Of a stretch of DNA of 64,000 bases, positions 1 through 11,177 are shown in pieces. Below the pieces are notes generated by a model. The model was not told the DNA's origin, ran no database searches, and was given only the letters and a program-made list of their open reading frames with translations. Origin of the DNA: Guillardia theta CCMP2712 (Eukaryota; Protista; Cryptophyta); contig NW_005434640.1 of NCBI RefSeq assembly GCF_000315625.1, positions 194,270 to 258,269 on the forward strand. The letters are read 5' to 3'. The first letter of the stretch is position 1, and every line of letters starts with the position of its first letter. Made by a program: the position numbers and the translations under genes.

Positions 1-3000
1 GATATTCTACCCTTCCAGCTCAACAAGGTCGAGCTGGACCTTGCCTCTTCTTCCTCTACTCCAGCTGTCGTCGTGCATGACATGGTCACGTTCCGCCTCT
101 ACGGACGGGGACTGAAGAGAACGGGTGTCGGATCCTCGTTGTTTGCCCTTGCAGAGTCATGTGACAACATGACTAGCATCATACCCGGAGGGGAATCGAA
201 ACCTCTTGACTGTATCTTGAACTCCTCACAAGCCTTGGTCACTTTCCGGCCCAAGACTTCATCTGCCAACGTGTATCTTTGCTACAAGGCTCCTCAGTCA
301 GTGTTTCAGTGGGTTCAAGTGCTTGCAGGAACTGGTTTGTACTGCGCGCCCCCGCATTGCGCTGCTACTTCATGTGCCGCCGGGACCAACTACAATTTCC
401 AACAATACCTGTGTGATGCGAGCTGTTGTGAACAGACCTGTATGAATGACAAGTCTTGTACCTACTACCAGACATTCCTGCAGCTGACTGGAGTCTATCT
501 CAACTGCTCTACATCGTCACAATGTAACAAAGTCCTGACTTCGGTAAGACCCCCGGTGGTGAACAAGAAGCAGTTCCTTACCCAGTCCACGTGGGTGACT
601 TCGCACGTGTCTGTCCCAATCTCTGCTCCTGATGTGAGATCGGTAACTCCTCAGACGCTGCCCAAGTTGCGGGCAAGGTCCTCCTTCGTCGTCAACCTCC
701 AAGGGTCAGGATTCGCTCCAGAAAACCTTCAGGTACACATCAAAGTCTCCTCGTTCGCAACAGGCTGCAACAACCTCACTCTCTACAACGAGACGCTTGC
801 CAAGTTCGACTTGCTCTTGAACCAGCGAGCCACAGCCTACGCCGAGATCGAGCACAGGCTCAACATGACTTACAACGGCACCTGCGCCAAGGGGATAGCC
901 AACTGCCTCGGTGGACCAGCTCCTCCCGGCACCCCCTGCACCTCCGACGCCAACTGCCCCAACGGCATCTGCGACCAGCCCAACAACGGCATGACCTGCT
1001 TGCTTGACAGCCAGTGCAAGTACGCAGGCTTCTGCAACAACTCGCTCTACAACCTGTCGATATCGCCGCTGCCTGTGCCTCCTCCCTTCAGCATCCCCAA
1101 CAGGGCCTACGACTCCTTCGGGACCCTGCCCGGAGGAGGAGGCAGGTTTGTCAACGTCACCAACTTCAGCTTTGCCTTCTCGATCTTCAACATCAACTCA
1201 ACAGGAAGAGGGCTGATCTGTGTCGCCAGCCGAGACCCTATCCGAGAGGAGCAGTACGTCAAGAACGGCGTCATCGTGGACAGAAGGCTCATCGTGTCAA
1301 TGTTCACATACAAGGCATATTACAGCATAGATGTGCAAGGCCCTGTGATCTACAACGTGTTCCCCTCCCAGACGTTTCGATTCGTGACCACGAGGTTCAG
1401 TCTTGGAGGATACGGTCTGCACGAGACCGACAAGATTAAGATTGTGAGCAGAGCAGCTGGGTGTGGTGGGAATGACACCGACGGGGCTGTGCTGGGAGGT
1501 GAAGGCAGATTTCTCTCGTTTGTCAACCCACTGCGGACTGGTGCGACTTTGGTGTTCACCATCACGGAGCCCTGGAGCTCTCAGGTTGCGGACAACGAGT
1601 ACTTGCTCTGCTATCTTGCCGTCCTCCCGCAGGAAATCGTCTCTTACAGACAAGTTGGGCACTTGATTCTCTACAACAGCCCCCCGCTGATAGTTGGACT
1701 GTCGTCTTCACCACTCTTCTACTATCAGACCTCCGTCCTGACTGTCTCCGGCCTTGGGTTGGGAGCGGCAGAAAAGGTGAAACTGATCTCCGAGCATCTG
1801 ACCTGCTCGGGCTCCAACTCGGACGAGGCCAACTATGACCTCTACGGAGTGATCAACGGCAGTTGGCCGACCTTTCTCTCTTTCCGCGAGTACTCGTTCG
1901 ATGCCTTGACTGCCAACAACTTCTCAAACTTTGCCTACGTCGGCAAGGCTTTGGCTCACTTCTTGATCACGTCTGTGTCAGCCAACAGCTCCCGGTGCAA
2001 AGTTTGTCTCAAGTTTTCGAGCTCGAACGTGTATGGCTATCCAGCTGGCTACTCGTACGTCGGGGACGCGCAGGTCGAGCTTCCGAGAGTCGAGAGCGTC
2101 TGGCAGGAGCCCATCGTGATGGAGGAGCCGCAACAGGTTGCGATCAGAGGACGAGGCCTCCTAACTCAGCTACCTCTTCGATGCCTCCTGATCCAGACGA
2201 CCTACCGCTGCTCTCAACCCGACTTGATCGGCAGGGCAGTCGCAGGAGGCGACTCTTGCACGCTTGACAAGCTTGTATCATCGGAATCAGCGTACCTCGG
2301 CGTCTTCATCCCGAGGATCCAAGAGCAGCAGGTCAAACTTTGTATTCAACTGGCGACGGAGGAATGGAGGGAGGTTGGGGTGCTGCCTCTGATCGGGGTA
2401 GACATCATCAACGTTTCGCTCATGACGTACGGCAGTGGGACCGGGCTGGACAGCCTTGCCGTCAGCCAGCCGTTCTACCTGAAGTTCACCTTCGTCGGGA
2501 GGTTCTTCAACGATTATGTGAAACTTGTTCCTGGGAATGTGACGTGCGCCGGTACCGATGACTTCGCCGATGCTCTGGCGGGAGGAGAAGGAAAAGTCGT
2601 CAACGAGTCAGGGGTTGTTGAGTATCCCAACGGCATCCAACGGACGCAACAGGTGACGGCAGCTACCGTCAAGACGTGCATGTCAAAGTACATGTCGCAA
2701 GGATACCAGGACTCCACCTACGTCTGGAACCTGACGCAGAGGAGGGTAGATTACTTCCTACCGCAGCAGGTACGGAAAGACTTGTATTCGACCTTGAACT
2801 TTTACGGGAAAGGGCTTGCTTACAGCAACGAAGTGATTCAAATCTATGTTTGCACGAGCAGTGAATGCTCGCAACCAATCGTGACAGCACCTTTGAAACT
2901 TGATCTCCTGGAGAATGGGGAGATGGGATCTATCGAGCTGAATTTCAGTACAGCCGGTGAGTTTGAGGTGTACTGGAGTATGGGAGGACAGGAGAAGCAT

Positions 3001-5622
3001 CAGTTAGCAAACTTGACAGTGGTACCAACATCTTTTATCACTTCTCTCTTCCCTACAGGCGCATGGGTCGGCAACACTACCAAGTTTGTGGTTGGTGGCG
3101 TCGGTTTGACGTCCAGCAGTCAAGTTCGCTTCGTCGAAGTTCAGAGCTCTTGCAAAGATGCTCCTTCGATCGCTGGCGGCAACGCGTCAGTGCTGAACGT
3201 GTCGAACTCTCAGCAGGCGACTAGCGTGCCGTATCACTTGAAGCAAGTTGGCACTGTGAAGCTGTGCTATGCTCAAGATGCAAGTAGCTTCTTTGAGGAG
3301 ACGAGGATGACGGTAGAGCTGAGGCAGTGGACTGAGCCTCTCCTGTTCCTTCCTCAAGCTGACTACAAGAAGGACGTTCAGAGGGTAGAGGCAGGTATGA
3401 CCGACGAGCTGCCGCCTTGTATCCTCACCTACCAGTCGCGATGGATCCTTCACGGCCCTGGCAACGGCATCGAGGTCGAGACGCCCGCAATCCTAGACTG
3501 GAACAGCTCGTCTCGTTGCTACAGCAGCCCATCTGTCGTTCCTGCCGCCTACCCCAAGAGAGGCTACGTGGCTCCTGGGATTGACATGCGGCTGGTCAAC
3601 GCGTACAGAAACGTTCCCGTTGATCTGCTTGTTATCGCCGATTCTGGAGCGGTGGATGTGATTTACATAGCGCGATCAGCCTGCCATGGCGACTCGCTCG
3701 ACCCTCTTGTAGACCCGGTCACCGCGCACGTGCGGGGAGGAGAACCTCAACGGCTGAACGAGAGTGACATGGTGGATGTGACAGAGTCCTTCTGCCTGGG
3801 AGAGGGGCCGGGGCTGCCTCTGTCCCCTCCCGTCCTCGCGTACAAGGTCAGGTTCACCTTGCAGGACGAATCTCCCGTCGGCGAGTTCCACAAGATCTGC
3901 CTGGCGGCGTACAGGTTCGGAGTTTCGTTTGCCATACAGTCTCTAGACTTGAAGGTTCGACCCCCCCACCTCCTGGCCATGGAGCCACCAACCATCTTCT
4001 CGGGTCTCAAAGTCAAGTACCTCCTGCACGGCAAGGGACTTGCTGCTGGCGATCAGGTCAAGGTGATCGATGGGGATACTCCTGGCTCCTGTGCCAACGC
4101 TGATCAGCAGCCCAACATACCTGGAGGACAAGTCTTCACTCTGAACGCGTCGGCTACTGACCTGTACACATCTGAGATAGAGATGCAGCTTCTGCTTCCC
4201 TTCAGACACGCCAGGATGTGCTATCAGTACCAGGGGTCAGAGGTGTGGGATGAAATGACGTACCCGTTGAACCTGAGGACTAGCGGTTACATCTATGGTT
4301 ACTTCGATTCTATGCACTTCCTGTACGGAGAGACGCTCTACCCCCAGCAGGCGAGCAACCAGCTCTTCAGCAGAAACCAGACCATCTCTGTGATATCCCC
4401 TGAGGACGTATACGTCAACCAACAGGACTGGTACTGTCGAACGCCCCTCACCATCACTGTTCATGGCAACGGGCTGTCGGACAAAGGCAAGTATGTCATC
4501 GTTCCGTCCCGATACGCGTGCGGAGGGACGTCGGTGAACCTCAACAATATCATAGCAGAGGCCTCGAGTGCAGAGCCACAGGTTCACCTCATCCCCGTCA
4601 GCGAGGGTGATCCTCGTGGGCCGACCTCTTACAGCAACGACCCTCTGCTGTCGTACCAGTATCTGTCATACTGCCAAGGCACCCGACAGGTCGATGCTTG
4701 CACAAGAGATCAGCTTTCAACTCAGAACACGGTCTCCTTCTCTGGTTTCCCAGTATCAGCCATCGGGCAAGTCCGTGTTTGCTTCAAGTATGACTTTGCG
4801 TCGGAATACATCGACATCGGCAACTTCAGCATCAAGGCCCCTATCATCTCCAGCCTCTCCCCATCTCAACGGCTTCTTCTCAACAGCCCGCAAGAGTTCA
4901 CTGTGCTGGGAGTCTCTTTGTCCTCCGATGACTTTGTCAAGTTCGTGGACGGCGAATCTTGTGTAGCAAGGATTGCTTCTTATCCCTACACCCCTCAACT
5001 TCGAGCAGCCACCGACGGCAAGTCAGCATCCTTCTCGTTGTTGCTGGTGGGAGCAGGAACCTACACTAGCGGCACTCGCAAGCTCTGCTACTCGTACGAT
5101 AGCGGCACTAGTTTCCTTGACACAGGCCTTACCGTCACCGTCGTCAGCCCGCAGGTAGTCGGCGCTTTTCCCTTGACAACAGCAGTCGCAGCTGACCGGA
5201 GGATCTGGTTTTACGGCGACGCCATTACGAGCCTGGACAAGGTGAAGCTGATCCACTATGACAGCACGTGCAAGGGATCCGACGACATGAGCGATATAGT
5301 GCTGGGAGGCGAGGCTAGGCTTCTTGTGACCGCCCGATCGTCCCTGTACGAGTCTTGGCCGAACGGGTCGGCTGTCTTCAAGCTGCTGCGCGTTGGATCT
5401 GCTCGGATCTGCTACCTGCACAAGGGAGGGGCCGGCTGGACTGAAGTTCTGTCTCCCGAGGGTACGGCGATACGAGTGACGACTATCGATACTGCGGAAG
5501 AGGCGCTAGGAATACTGAGCTCTGCTGCGTCCTGCTGCGAGACGAGGCTGCTCCTCCTGTATGCAGTTGTCTTCTCTTCCCTGACTATCTTGTTCACCTC
5601 GCTGTCTTCTGCCCGATCGTAG
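1..5622 (+). CDS. Giant extracellular repeat-domain protein, probably GPI-anchored or C-terminally membrane-tethered (5'-partial; frame open from base 1)
   Basis: Uninterrupted frame of more than 1850 codons. About 13 repeats of a beta-rich unit (GxGL...D-x-VK...C...GGE...(K/R)LCY), a Cys-rich segment (CTSDANCPNGIC) and many NxS/T sequons. Hydrophobic C-terminus LLLLYAVVFSSLTILF is preceded by small residues SSAAS. Confidence 0.85.
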   Translation, partial: DILPFQLNKVELDLASSSSTPAVVVHDMVTFRLYGRGLKRTGVGSSLFALAESCDNMTSIIPGGESKPLDCILNSSQALVTFRPKTSSANVYLCYKAPQSVFQWVQVLAGTGLYCAPPHCAATSCAAGTNYNFQQYLCDASCCEQTCMNDKSCTYYQTFLQLTGVYLNCSTSSQCNKVLTSVRPPVVNKKQFLTQSTWVTSHVSVPISAPDVRSVTPQTLPKLRARSSFVVNLQGSGFAPENLQVHIKVSSFATGCNNLTLYNETLAKFDLLLNQRATAYAEIEHRLNMTYNGTCAKGIANCLGGPAPPGTPCTSDANCPNGICDQPNNGMTCLLDSQCKYAGFCNNSLYNLSISPLPVPPPFSIPNRAYDSFGTLPGGGGRFVNVTNFSFAFSIFNINSTGRGLICVASRDPIREEQYVKNGVIVDRRLIVSMFTYKAYYSIDVQGPVIYNVFPSQTFRFVTTRFSLGGYGLHETDKIKIVSRAAGCGGNDTDGAVLGGEGRFLSFVNPLRTGATLVFTITEPWSSQVADNEYLLCYLAVLPQEIVSYRQVGHLILYNSPPLIVGLSSSPLFYYQTSVLTVSGLGLGAAEKVKLISEHLTCSGSNSDEANYDLYGVINGSWPTFLSFREYSFDALTANNFSNFAYVGKALAHFLITSVSANSSRCKVCLKFSSSNVYGYPAGYSYVGDAQVELPRVESVWQEPIVMEEPQQVAIRGRGLLTQLPLRCLLIQTTYRCSQPDLIGRAVAGGDSCTLDKLVSSESAYLGVFIPRIQEQQVKLCIQLATEEWREVGVLPLIGVDIINVSLMTYGSGTGLDSLAVSQPFYLKFTFVGRFFNDYVKLVPGNVTCAGTDDFADALAGGEGKVVNESGVVEYPNGIQRTQQVTAATVKTCMSKYMSQGYQDSTYVWNLTQRRVDYFLPQQVRKDLYSTLNFYGKGLAYSNEVIQIYVCTSSECSQPIVTAPLKLDLLENGEMGSIELNFSTAGEFEVYWSMGGQEKHQLANLTVVPTSFITSLFPTGAWVGNTTKFVVGGVGLTSSSQVRFVEVQSSCKDAPSIAGGNASVLNVSNSQQATSVPYHLKQVGTVKLCYAQDASSFFEETRMTVELRQWTEPLLFLPQADYKKDVQRVEAGMTDELPPCILTYQSRWILHGPGNGIEVETPAILDWNSSSRCYSSPSVVPAAYPKRGYVAPGIDMRLVNAYRNVPVDLLVIADSGAVDVIYIARSACHGDSLDPLVDPVTAHVRGGEPQRLNESDMVDVTESFCLGEGPGLPLSPPVLAYKVRFTLQDESPVGEFHKICLAAYRFGVSFAIQSLDLKVRPPHLLAMEPPTIFSGLKVKYLLHGKGLAAGDQVKVIDGDTPGSCANADQQPNIPGGQVFTLNASATDLYTSEIEMQLLLPFRHARMCYQYQGSEVWDEMTYPLNLRTSGYIYGYFDSMHFLYGETLYPQQASNQLFSRNQTISVISPEDVYVNQQDWYCRTPLTITVHGNGLSDKGKYVIVPSRYACGGTSVNLNNIIAEASSAEPQVHLIPVSEGDPRGPTSYSNDPLLSYQYLSYCQGTRQVDACTRDQLSTQNTVSFSGFPVSAIGQVRVCFKYDFASEYIDIGNFSIKAPIISSLSPSQRLLLNSPQEFTVLGVSLSSDDFVKFVDGESCVARIASYPYTPQLRAATDGKSASFSLLLVGAGTYTSGTRKLCYSYDSGTSFLDTGLTVTVVSPQVVGAFPLTTAVAADRRIWFYGDAITSLDKVKLIHYDSTCKGSDDMSDIVLGGEARLLVTARSSLYESWPNGSAVFKLLRVGSARICYLHKGGAGWTEVLSPEGTAIRVTTIDTAEEALGILSSAASCCETRLLLLYAVVFSSLTILFTSLSSARS

Positions 5623-6157
5623 CATATTTCCGCGTGCAATGTAAATAATGTTCATTATGGAGCTGATAAGAATTGTGAATGAAACTTGACATGAGACTTG
5701 ACGTAGCTCTGAAAGAAACTTCATGAAACTGCATCATACCACTTCACATGTCATCTATCGTAACACATCGTCGATCTTCACACCTCGTTTATATTTGTAC
5801 ATCATCGAGTTTTCAAAACACATCACAGTGTTGTTAGCGCTTTCATCGATTTGCTAGAAGTTCCTTGGCAAGGGTTATGGCCGGGGGGGGGGTAGGGTTC
5901 CTCTTTGATTATTCCAGGGGGTGGGGGTGGTTGCATCGGTCGTGGAACGCAATGCGGCTAGAGGGTAGAGGGAGGTGGAAGAGTAGAGAAGAGGAGGAGG
6001 GAGGAGGGAAGGAGAGCAGCGAGTGAATGAAGAAACACGAGGAGAGTGCAGGGGCCATGCAGTACATCCTGTGCAGTCGTGTGCTCATTCACAGAACCTG
6101 CGCTCACAAGATTGAAAATACTCCCTGAGAATTCACATTCGGAGGCTGCATCGCAAA

Positions 6158-7333
6158 ATGCGCCGGACATGCAGAACTTCCATCTTTCTGCTTGTTTTCT
6201 TGTTGAATCACGAGTACACATCATCACTGGACAGCTCCAACATTGACGTTTCCAACCAACCACGAAACATGTTTGGTCTGAGCCAGACAACCTACTGGCA
6301 AGTCCAGGAAGAGATGGGCAACCACCCTTGCATCACTTCATTCCACCATGCTGCCGACTACAGCATGATCACTGTTGAGAACAATGTGGTACAGGAAGAT
6401 AAGAGGTTGGAAGCGCTTCTGACAGCTGACAACGTCACCGTCACGGGGCGCGATGCAAGGATGGTCTTGCGAAATCTCAAAGGAGCGCGCCAGGAAGGGC
6501 AGAAGAGCACAAAGTCAACTCTGCGAGCGAAGGCCAGGGTGCGAGTCCTAGCAAGTAACTTCCTCGACAAGAAGAAGGTCAAGAGCGTCCCCTTTGTCGA
6601 CACCGACCGTCTCTTCGTCCCCAACATTCCTGCGGACATTACCCAGGACGATATCCGGCGAGAACTGTCCAACTACGGGGAGGTGGAGGTTGTAGACATC
6701 AATCGGAACATGCATTTTGCAAGGATCAAGTTCAACAGCTCGGCCCCTGTGAACCTTATCCTGCAACGGTCGCCCCTTGTGATAAAGGAGCAGCTGCTGG
6801 ACTTCAAGCCTCACGTCACGTCGGCCAGTCAGCAGGAGGGATCAGAGCTGCAGGTAGAGGGGAGGCGCAAGCTGATCACGAGAGTGTTGGAGGACTCGAG
6901 CCCATTGTTCGGGGTTGGGATCAAACGCAAGGTCAGTCAGGTAGAGAGGCGATTAGTGCCCATGGATCAGAACTCGACGTTTTGCTTTCAATACGATCAG
7001 AACGCTATAGTGGTTCACAACCTACACCCCCTCCTCAAGACTCAGGATGTTCGGGACAAGTTCTCCAAGTGCGGCAAGATAGTTGACATGGAGTTTGGCG
7101 ACCTGGTGGAGGGCAAGAGCAAGTATGCCCTCATAAGGTTCAGAGATCACGAGGGGATGTCAAACGCATGCGAGATGGACGGGATGAAGTTTCGTGGAAG
7201 GGTGATGAGAATACGCGAGCGCGGCAAGAAGCAGTCCATGCATGATGAATTCGAGAGTATGATGGACGCAAGGCAGCCAAGCGCTCTGGAGGGCACGTTG
7301 AATGCCTTCAACCTCCCGGGCAGTAAGAAGTGA
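6158..7333 (+). CDS. RNA-binding protein with two RRM domains
   Basis: RRM1: RLFVPNIP...FARIKF. RRM2: IVVHNL...KYALIRF...MDGMKFRGRVMRI. Intronless 391-aa ORF. Confidence 0.8.
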   Translation: MRRTCRTSIFLLVFLLNHEYTSSLDSSNIDVSNQPRNMFGLSQTTYWQVQEEMGNHPCITSFHHAADYSMITVENNVVQEDKRLEALLTADNVTVTGRDARMVLRNLKGARQEGQKSTKSTLRAKARVRVLASNFLDKKKVKSVPFVDTDRLFVPNIPADITQDDIRRELSNYGEVEVVDINRNMHFARIKFNSSAPVNLILQRSPLVIKEQLLDFKPHVTSASQQEGSELQVEGRRKLITRVLEDSSPLFGVGIKRKVSQVERRLVPMDQNSTFCFQYDQNAIVVHNLHPLLKTQDVRDKFSKCGKIVDMEFGDLVEGKSKYALIRFRDHEGMSNACEMDGMKFRGRVMRIRERGKKQSMHDEFESMMDARQPSALEGTLNAFNLPGSKK

Positions 7334-7346
7334 AGGGATGAGACGC

Positions 7347-10300
7347 CTAGGCGGTGAGATGTTCTAGCAACTGAGTGTCCTCTCTGAGACGGATCCACTG
7401 CAGTTCAGTCAGGTCAAGGATGAGGAGGAGGAGGAGGAGGAGGAGGAGGAGGAGGAAGAGAAAGTCAGCACCTGCTTTCCTATCTCCTTGTACCAGATGT
7501 AGGCGGAGGAGGTGACGATGCCTTGAGAAAAGAGCTGCTTGAGGCCGTCCAGGTCCGACGGTCCTTTTCGCTCCTTACCGACAGTGTAAAAAAATTTGGT
7601 CTCCCTGGAGAACTTGATCTGCAGCAGCTCTCAGCTGGAGAGGAGGGAAGGAGGACAAGGAGGATTAAGGTAGAGCAGAACTGACAACAGGAGGCTGGAG
7701 GGGAGGAGCAGCCACCTGGCTGGGCTCGTCCGGAGGTCGAGGGCTCGTCGTGCTGGAGCAGGTGTCACCTCTCAGCCGGAAAGCGTCGCATGGAGGAGGA
7801 TACCTCAGGGGCGAGTGCTCAGTCAAGCGGGAGGGAGGATGAGAAGGAGGCTCGCTGCTGCTTTGAGGCCTGCTAGCATCAAGAGCCTTCGAGCTCAATG
7901 GAGAGTTCTGCTGGGGCTGTTTGACATCTTCCTTCAGCTGGGGCTGTTTGACATCTTCCTTCAGCTGGGGCTGTTTGACATCTTCCTTCAGCTGGGGCTG
8001 TTTGACATCTTCCTTCAGCTGGGGCTGTTTGACATCTTGCATCAATCGTCTCTCAGTGCTCGCAGCTTGCTCTGCTGTCTTGGTGAAAGTTGCGTGCGGA
8101 CGCCCTCGCAAGATCGTTCTCAGCTGTAGGTCAAACTTGTCAGCAAGCCTCCGACCTCTTCAGCATGAGAGCATTACAACTCTTGAGAACGACGCAGTCC
8201 TTCTCAGCTTGCTATAGGCGTTCCCCACCTGCCAGCAATCTTTCTCAGCTCGAAGTAAACGCACTCTTTGACTCCTCCGTCTTCACCAGGTCGACGAGCT
8301 CGTCGTAGATCTGCATCGCCGTCCTGTTCTTGAACGAGTTGTAGGGGCTGTGGAGGTTGAACTCCGCCATGAGGTAATTCTGCATCTCGTGGAGCTCCAG
8401 GGGATGGAAGAAGTCGGCGGAAACCTTTAGAGCAGCCGCCATGTCTGACTGCATTTTGCTGAGAATGACCTTCTTCGTCGCCTCCTTCCCCACCGGGGGT
8501 TCCAGCAAGACTTTCATGTCCTCCTTCTTGATCTCGTCTAAGACTTCGTTCAGCTTTGCGTCCACACGCACATCAAACCCTATCTTCTCGTCTATCCCTG
8601 GCGCTCCCTCCCTCCCCTCCCTCCCCTCCCTCCCCTCCGCTCGCGGGTCCGTCCTCTTCACGTCATCCCGCGGGGGAAGGGCGCTGTAGCTCTCGAGGCA
8701 GCGAGCAATTTCGATGACTTGCTCCGAGCTGAGAAATATCCCCAGCTGGCTGAGCTCCTCCGATACTGCATCGGTGCCATGGACGTCACCCTTGCGGAGG
8801 GGAGCGAGGTAGAACTCGTGCATCTTGTCCGTCTTGGGGTCGATGATCTCGCACCTCATCATCGGCTTGCGGAAGTCGTTCTCGAGCCGAGGGTACTTGC
8901 TGGCGAGCAGCTGGAAGAGCGGGACATCCACGTTAGAGGTCTTGGGGAGCCTGAGGTTGCTGCCCTGGAAGCGAGCGACAGGGCAAGGGATCTTCTTCTC
9001 GTGCTGGACCACAGCTGAGAACAGCTCCTCGTTCTCAGGAAGGTTGATGACCTTGTCTGCGAGGAGGGAGAGCCTCTTCACGCTGGCAGAGAAGTTGGGG
9101 ACCGTTACTGAAAAGATCTTCCGTCCATACCACAGCTCCAGCACATCCTTCACCCTTTGCGCAGGGGCCTCGCTGATGTGAATCGGCTTCGCCGGCTCCC
9201 TCCCGTCTTTCGTCCTGTGTGACGGCAGGGCCTCGTCGACCTCCTGGGAGGAAGCAAGCGGAGCCAGGATCGCCTCTGCCGAAAGGATCCGCTGTGGGTC
9301 TTGCTCCTCCGTCACATCCATGTCTGTCTGCGTTTCCGTTGAGGACAAGTTTGCTCGCTCCTTGGTCTTGCCCTCCTTCACCCGCGCGTGCGGCTGCTGC
9401 TCGGCAGCCGGCCCTGAGGACCGGCGTTCCCTGATAATCAGAGACTTGAGCATGTCCTCTCGTGACCTCCTCAGCTGATTCGAGCTCCGCATCTTGATCC
9501 AGAAGTGCCTTTCAAACTCCGTCTGGACATCCATGATGTCCACGATCCCATGCGTCAAGTTCAAGGCGGCCTCCAGCACCCGCAGGGAAGAGCCGGCGGG
9601 GACGAGCTCTCTCACGCTCTCCTCCAGGCATAGAAGGAAGGAAGCAGCGAGCGGCGGCATGGCCTCTTGGCCAAAGAGCAGGAGACAGTCCCACAAGCAG
9701 CTGGTCCCTTCCATGCTCGTCAGGTGCCCTGCGAACAAAGTTCGGAGGACGGGGAGGAGCAGGTGGAAGAAGATTTCGTTCCTGCTGCTTCCGACTGCCG
9801 TGAAGTCCCAGGGGATATGTTTGGAAGAGCGAGCAGCGCACACTTCCTGTTTCTGCTTGCTCCTCCTGTCCCTCCCCTTCCCCTTCCACAGCTCCAGCCT
9901 CTCTGTGAACAGAGTCATCTCGTCCTTCTGCGGGTCCTGCTGGTCCTCGTTCCCCGTGCAGCTCAGAAAGAGCTTGTAGAGCTCGGGGTTCGCCTGCTCC
10001 AGCAGCTCGCATGCCGCCTTGACGGTCTTGTCGTACAGCCCATGTGGGCGGGGGAGGTACGATCCGATCTCGAACAGCTGTTCATACTGCACCTCGTCCA
10101 GGAGCGTGAGCGACCGCTCGACTAGCGTGACCGTCACAGGCACCTCGGGCTCAGCCTGGCTGATCGACCACACCAGCACGATAACGATGGCATGTAGGGG
10201 ATTCTCAACAGGACCCCCGAGCTTCTTGTGAAGGTACGACAGCACTGACTTGCAGGGCACCTGCAGTGACACCAGGTCGTAGGACCCGAACTCCGAGTCC

Positions 10301-10896
10301 ATCACAGACCTCAGGTGCTTTGAGACTTCCGGGTCGCGGTCGGAGAGCACGTAGAGCCTGTTCCCAGCCTGTAGCGATAAGAAGGAGGACCTCTCCTTCA
10401 CGTCGCACAGCCTTTGCTTCCATAGCTCGTTCCTTAGCCGGTGCGGGAGCCCTCTGACCCCGACCACCTTGAGCTCCTGCCACTGATCCGGCCACCTTGC
10501 CAGCAGGGAGCTTGCTCCATCTCCGGCCACCTCCATGAGCTGGTGGTGGTCCAGGTTCAACCGGCGGTTGGAAGGCACGTCTCGACCGCCCCCCGAGTGC
10601 GGAGAGCTGGAGGCGACGGACGCGACTTGCTCCTGCAGAACTCTGTCTACATACCTGCTGAGATGCTGGTTGAACTCAGAGAACTTGGGCTCCTTCCTGA
10701 CCTTATCCTCCACCAGAGAAATGACCGTCTCCTTCTCCTCAAGGCTCAACTTTGCCCACCCTTCCTCTCCGTTCACGTTGGGGTGCTTCTTAGCCAGGTG
10801 CTGTGCGACTTGGAACAACCCTTCCCACTCCTTGGAGGCAAGAACTTCCTTCCTCATCGTTTCCAGCCACTGCGGCGCCTCAAGGTCACCTGACAT
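7347..10896 (-). CDS. Rab-GAP TBC-like domain protein with C-terminal GYF_2 (DUF4339-type) domain, multi-exon
   Basis: TBC-like motifs GLPHRLRNELW and CLWDCLLLFG. Splicing by eye joins ORF 8245-10947 to 7716-8125, then exons 7472-7618 and 7347-7397, giving FFYTVGKERKGPSDLDGLKQLFSQGIVTSSAYIWYKEIGKQWIRL (GYF_2 pattern). Confidence 0.7.
7911..8038. repeat. Perfect 27-bp coding tandem repeat, about 4.7 copies (DVKQPQLKE on - strand)
   Basis: Unit ctggggctgtttgacatcttccttcag at 7911, 7938, 7965 and 7992, with a partial copy at 8019. Confidence 0.95.
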
Positions 10897-11177
10897 GGTT
10901 CGTGGAGAAGGGCAGTTCTGAGTTATACGGGCAGGCGGCCATCGCACTTGAGAAGGAGCATGCTCCTTCGCATCCTGGCTCTCCTTCCTGTCGTCTCTGT
11001 CCTCTTCATCCTCCTCCTCTTCCTCCTCTGACCCTTGCTCTTACTCGTCGTCTCCTTCCCTCGCACTCACCATGAATCGGTTTTCTCCTGTCGGGCAGGG
11101 GAAACACCCACCGGTCTTTTGATATACCGATGGGGGGTAGTGGCTTCAGCAGGAGGGTGGTTGGAGGAAATGGCATC

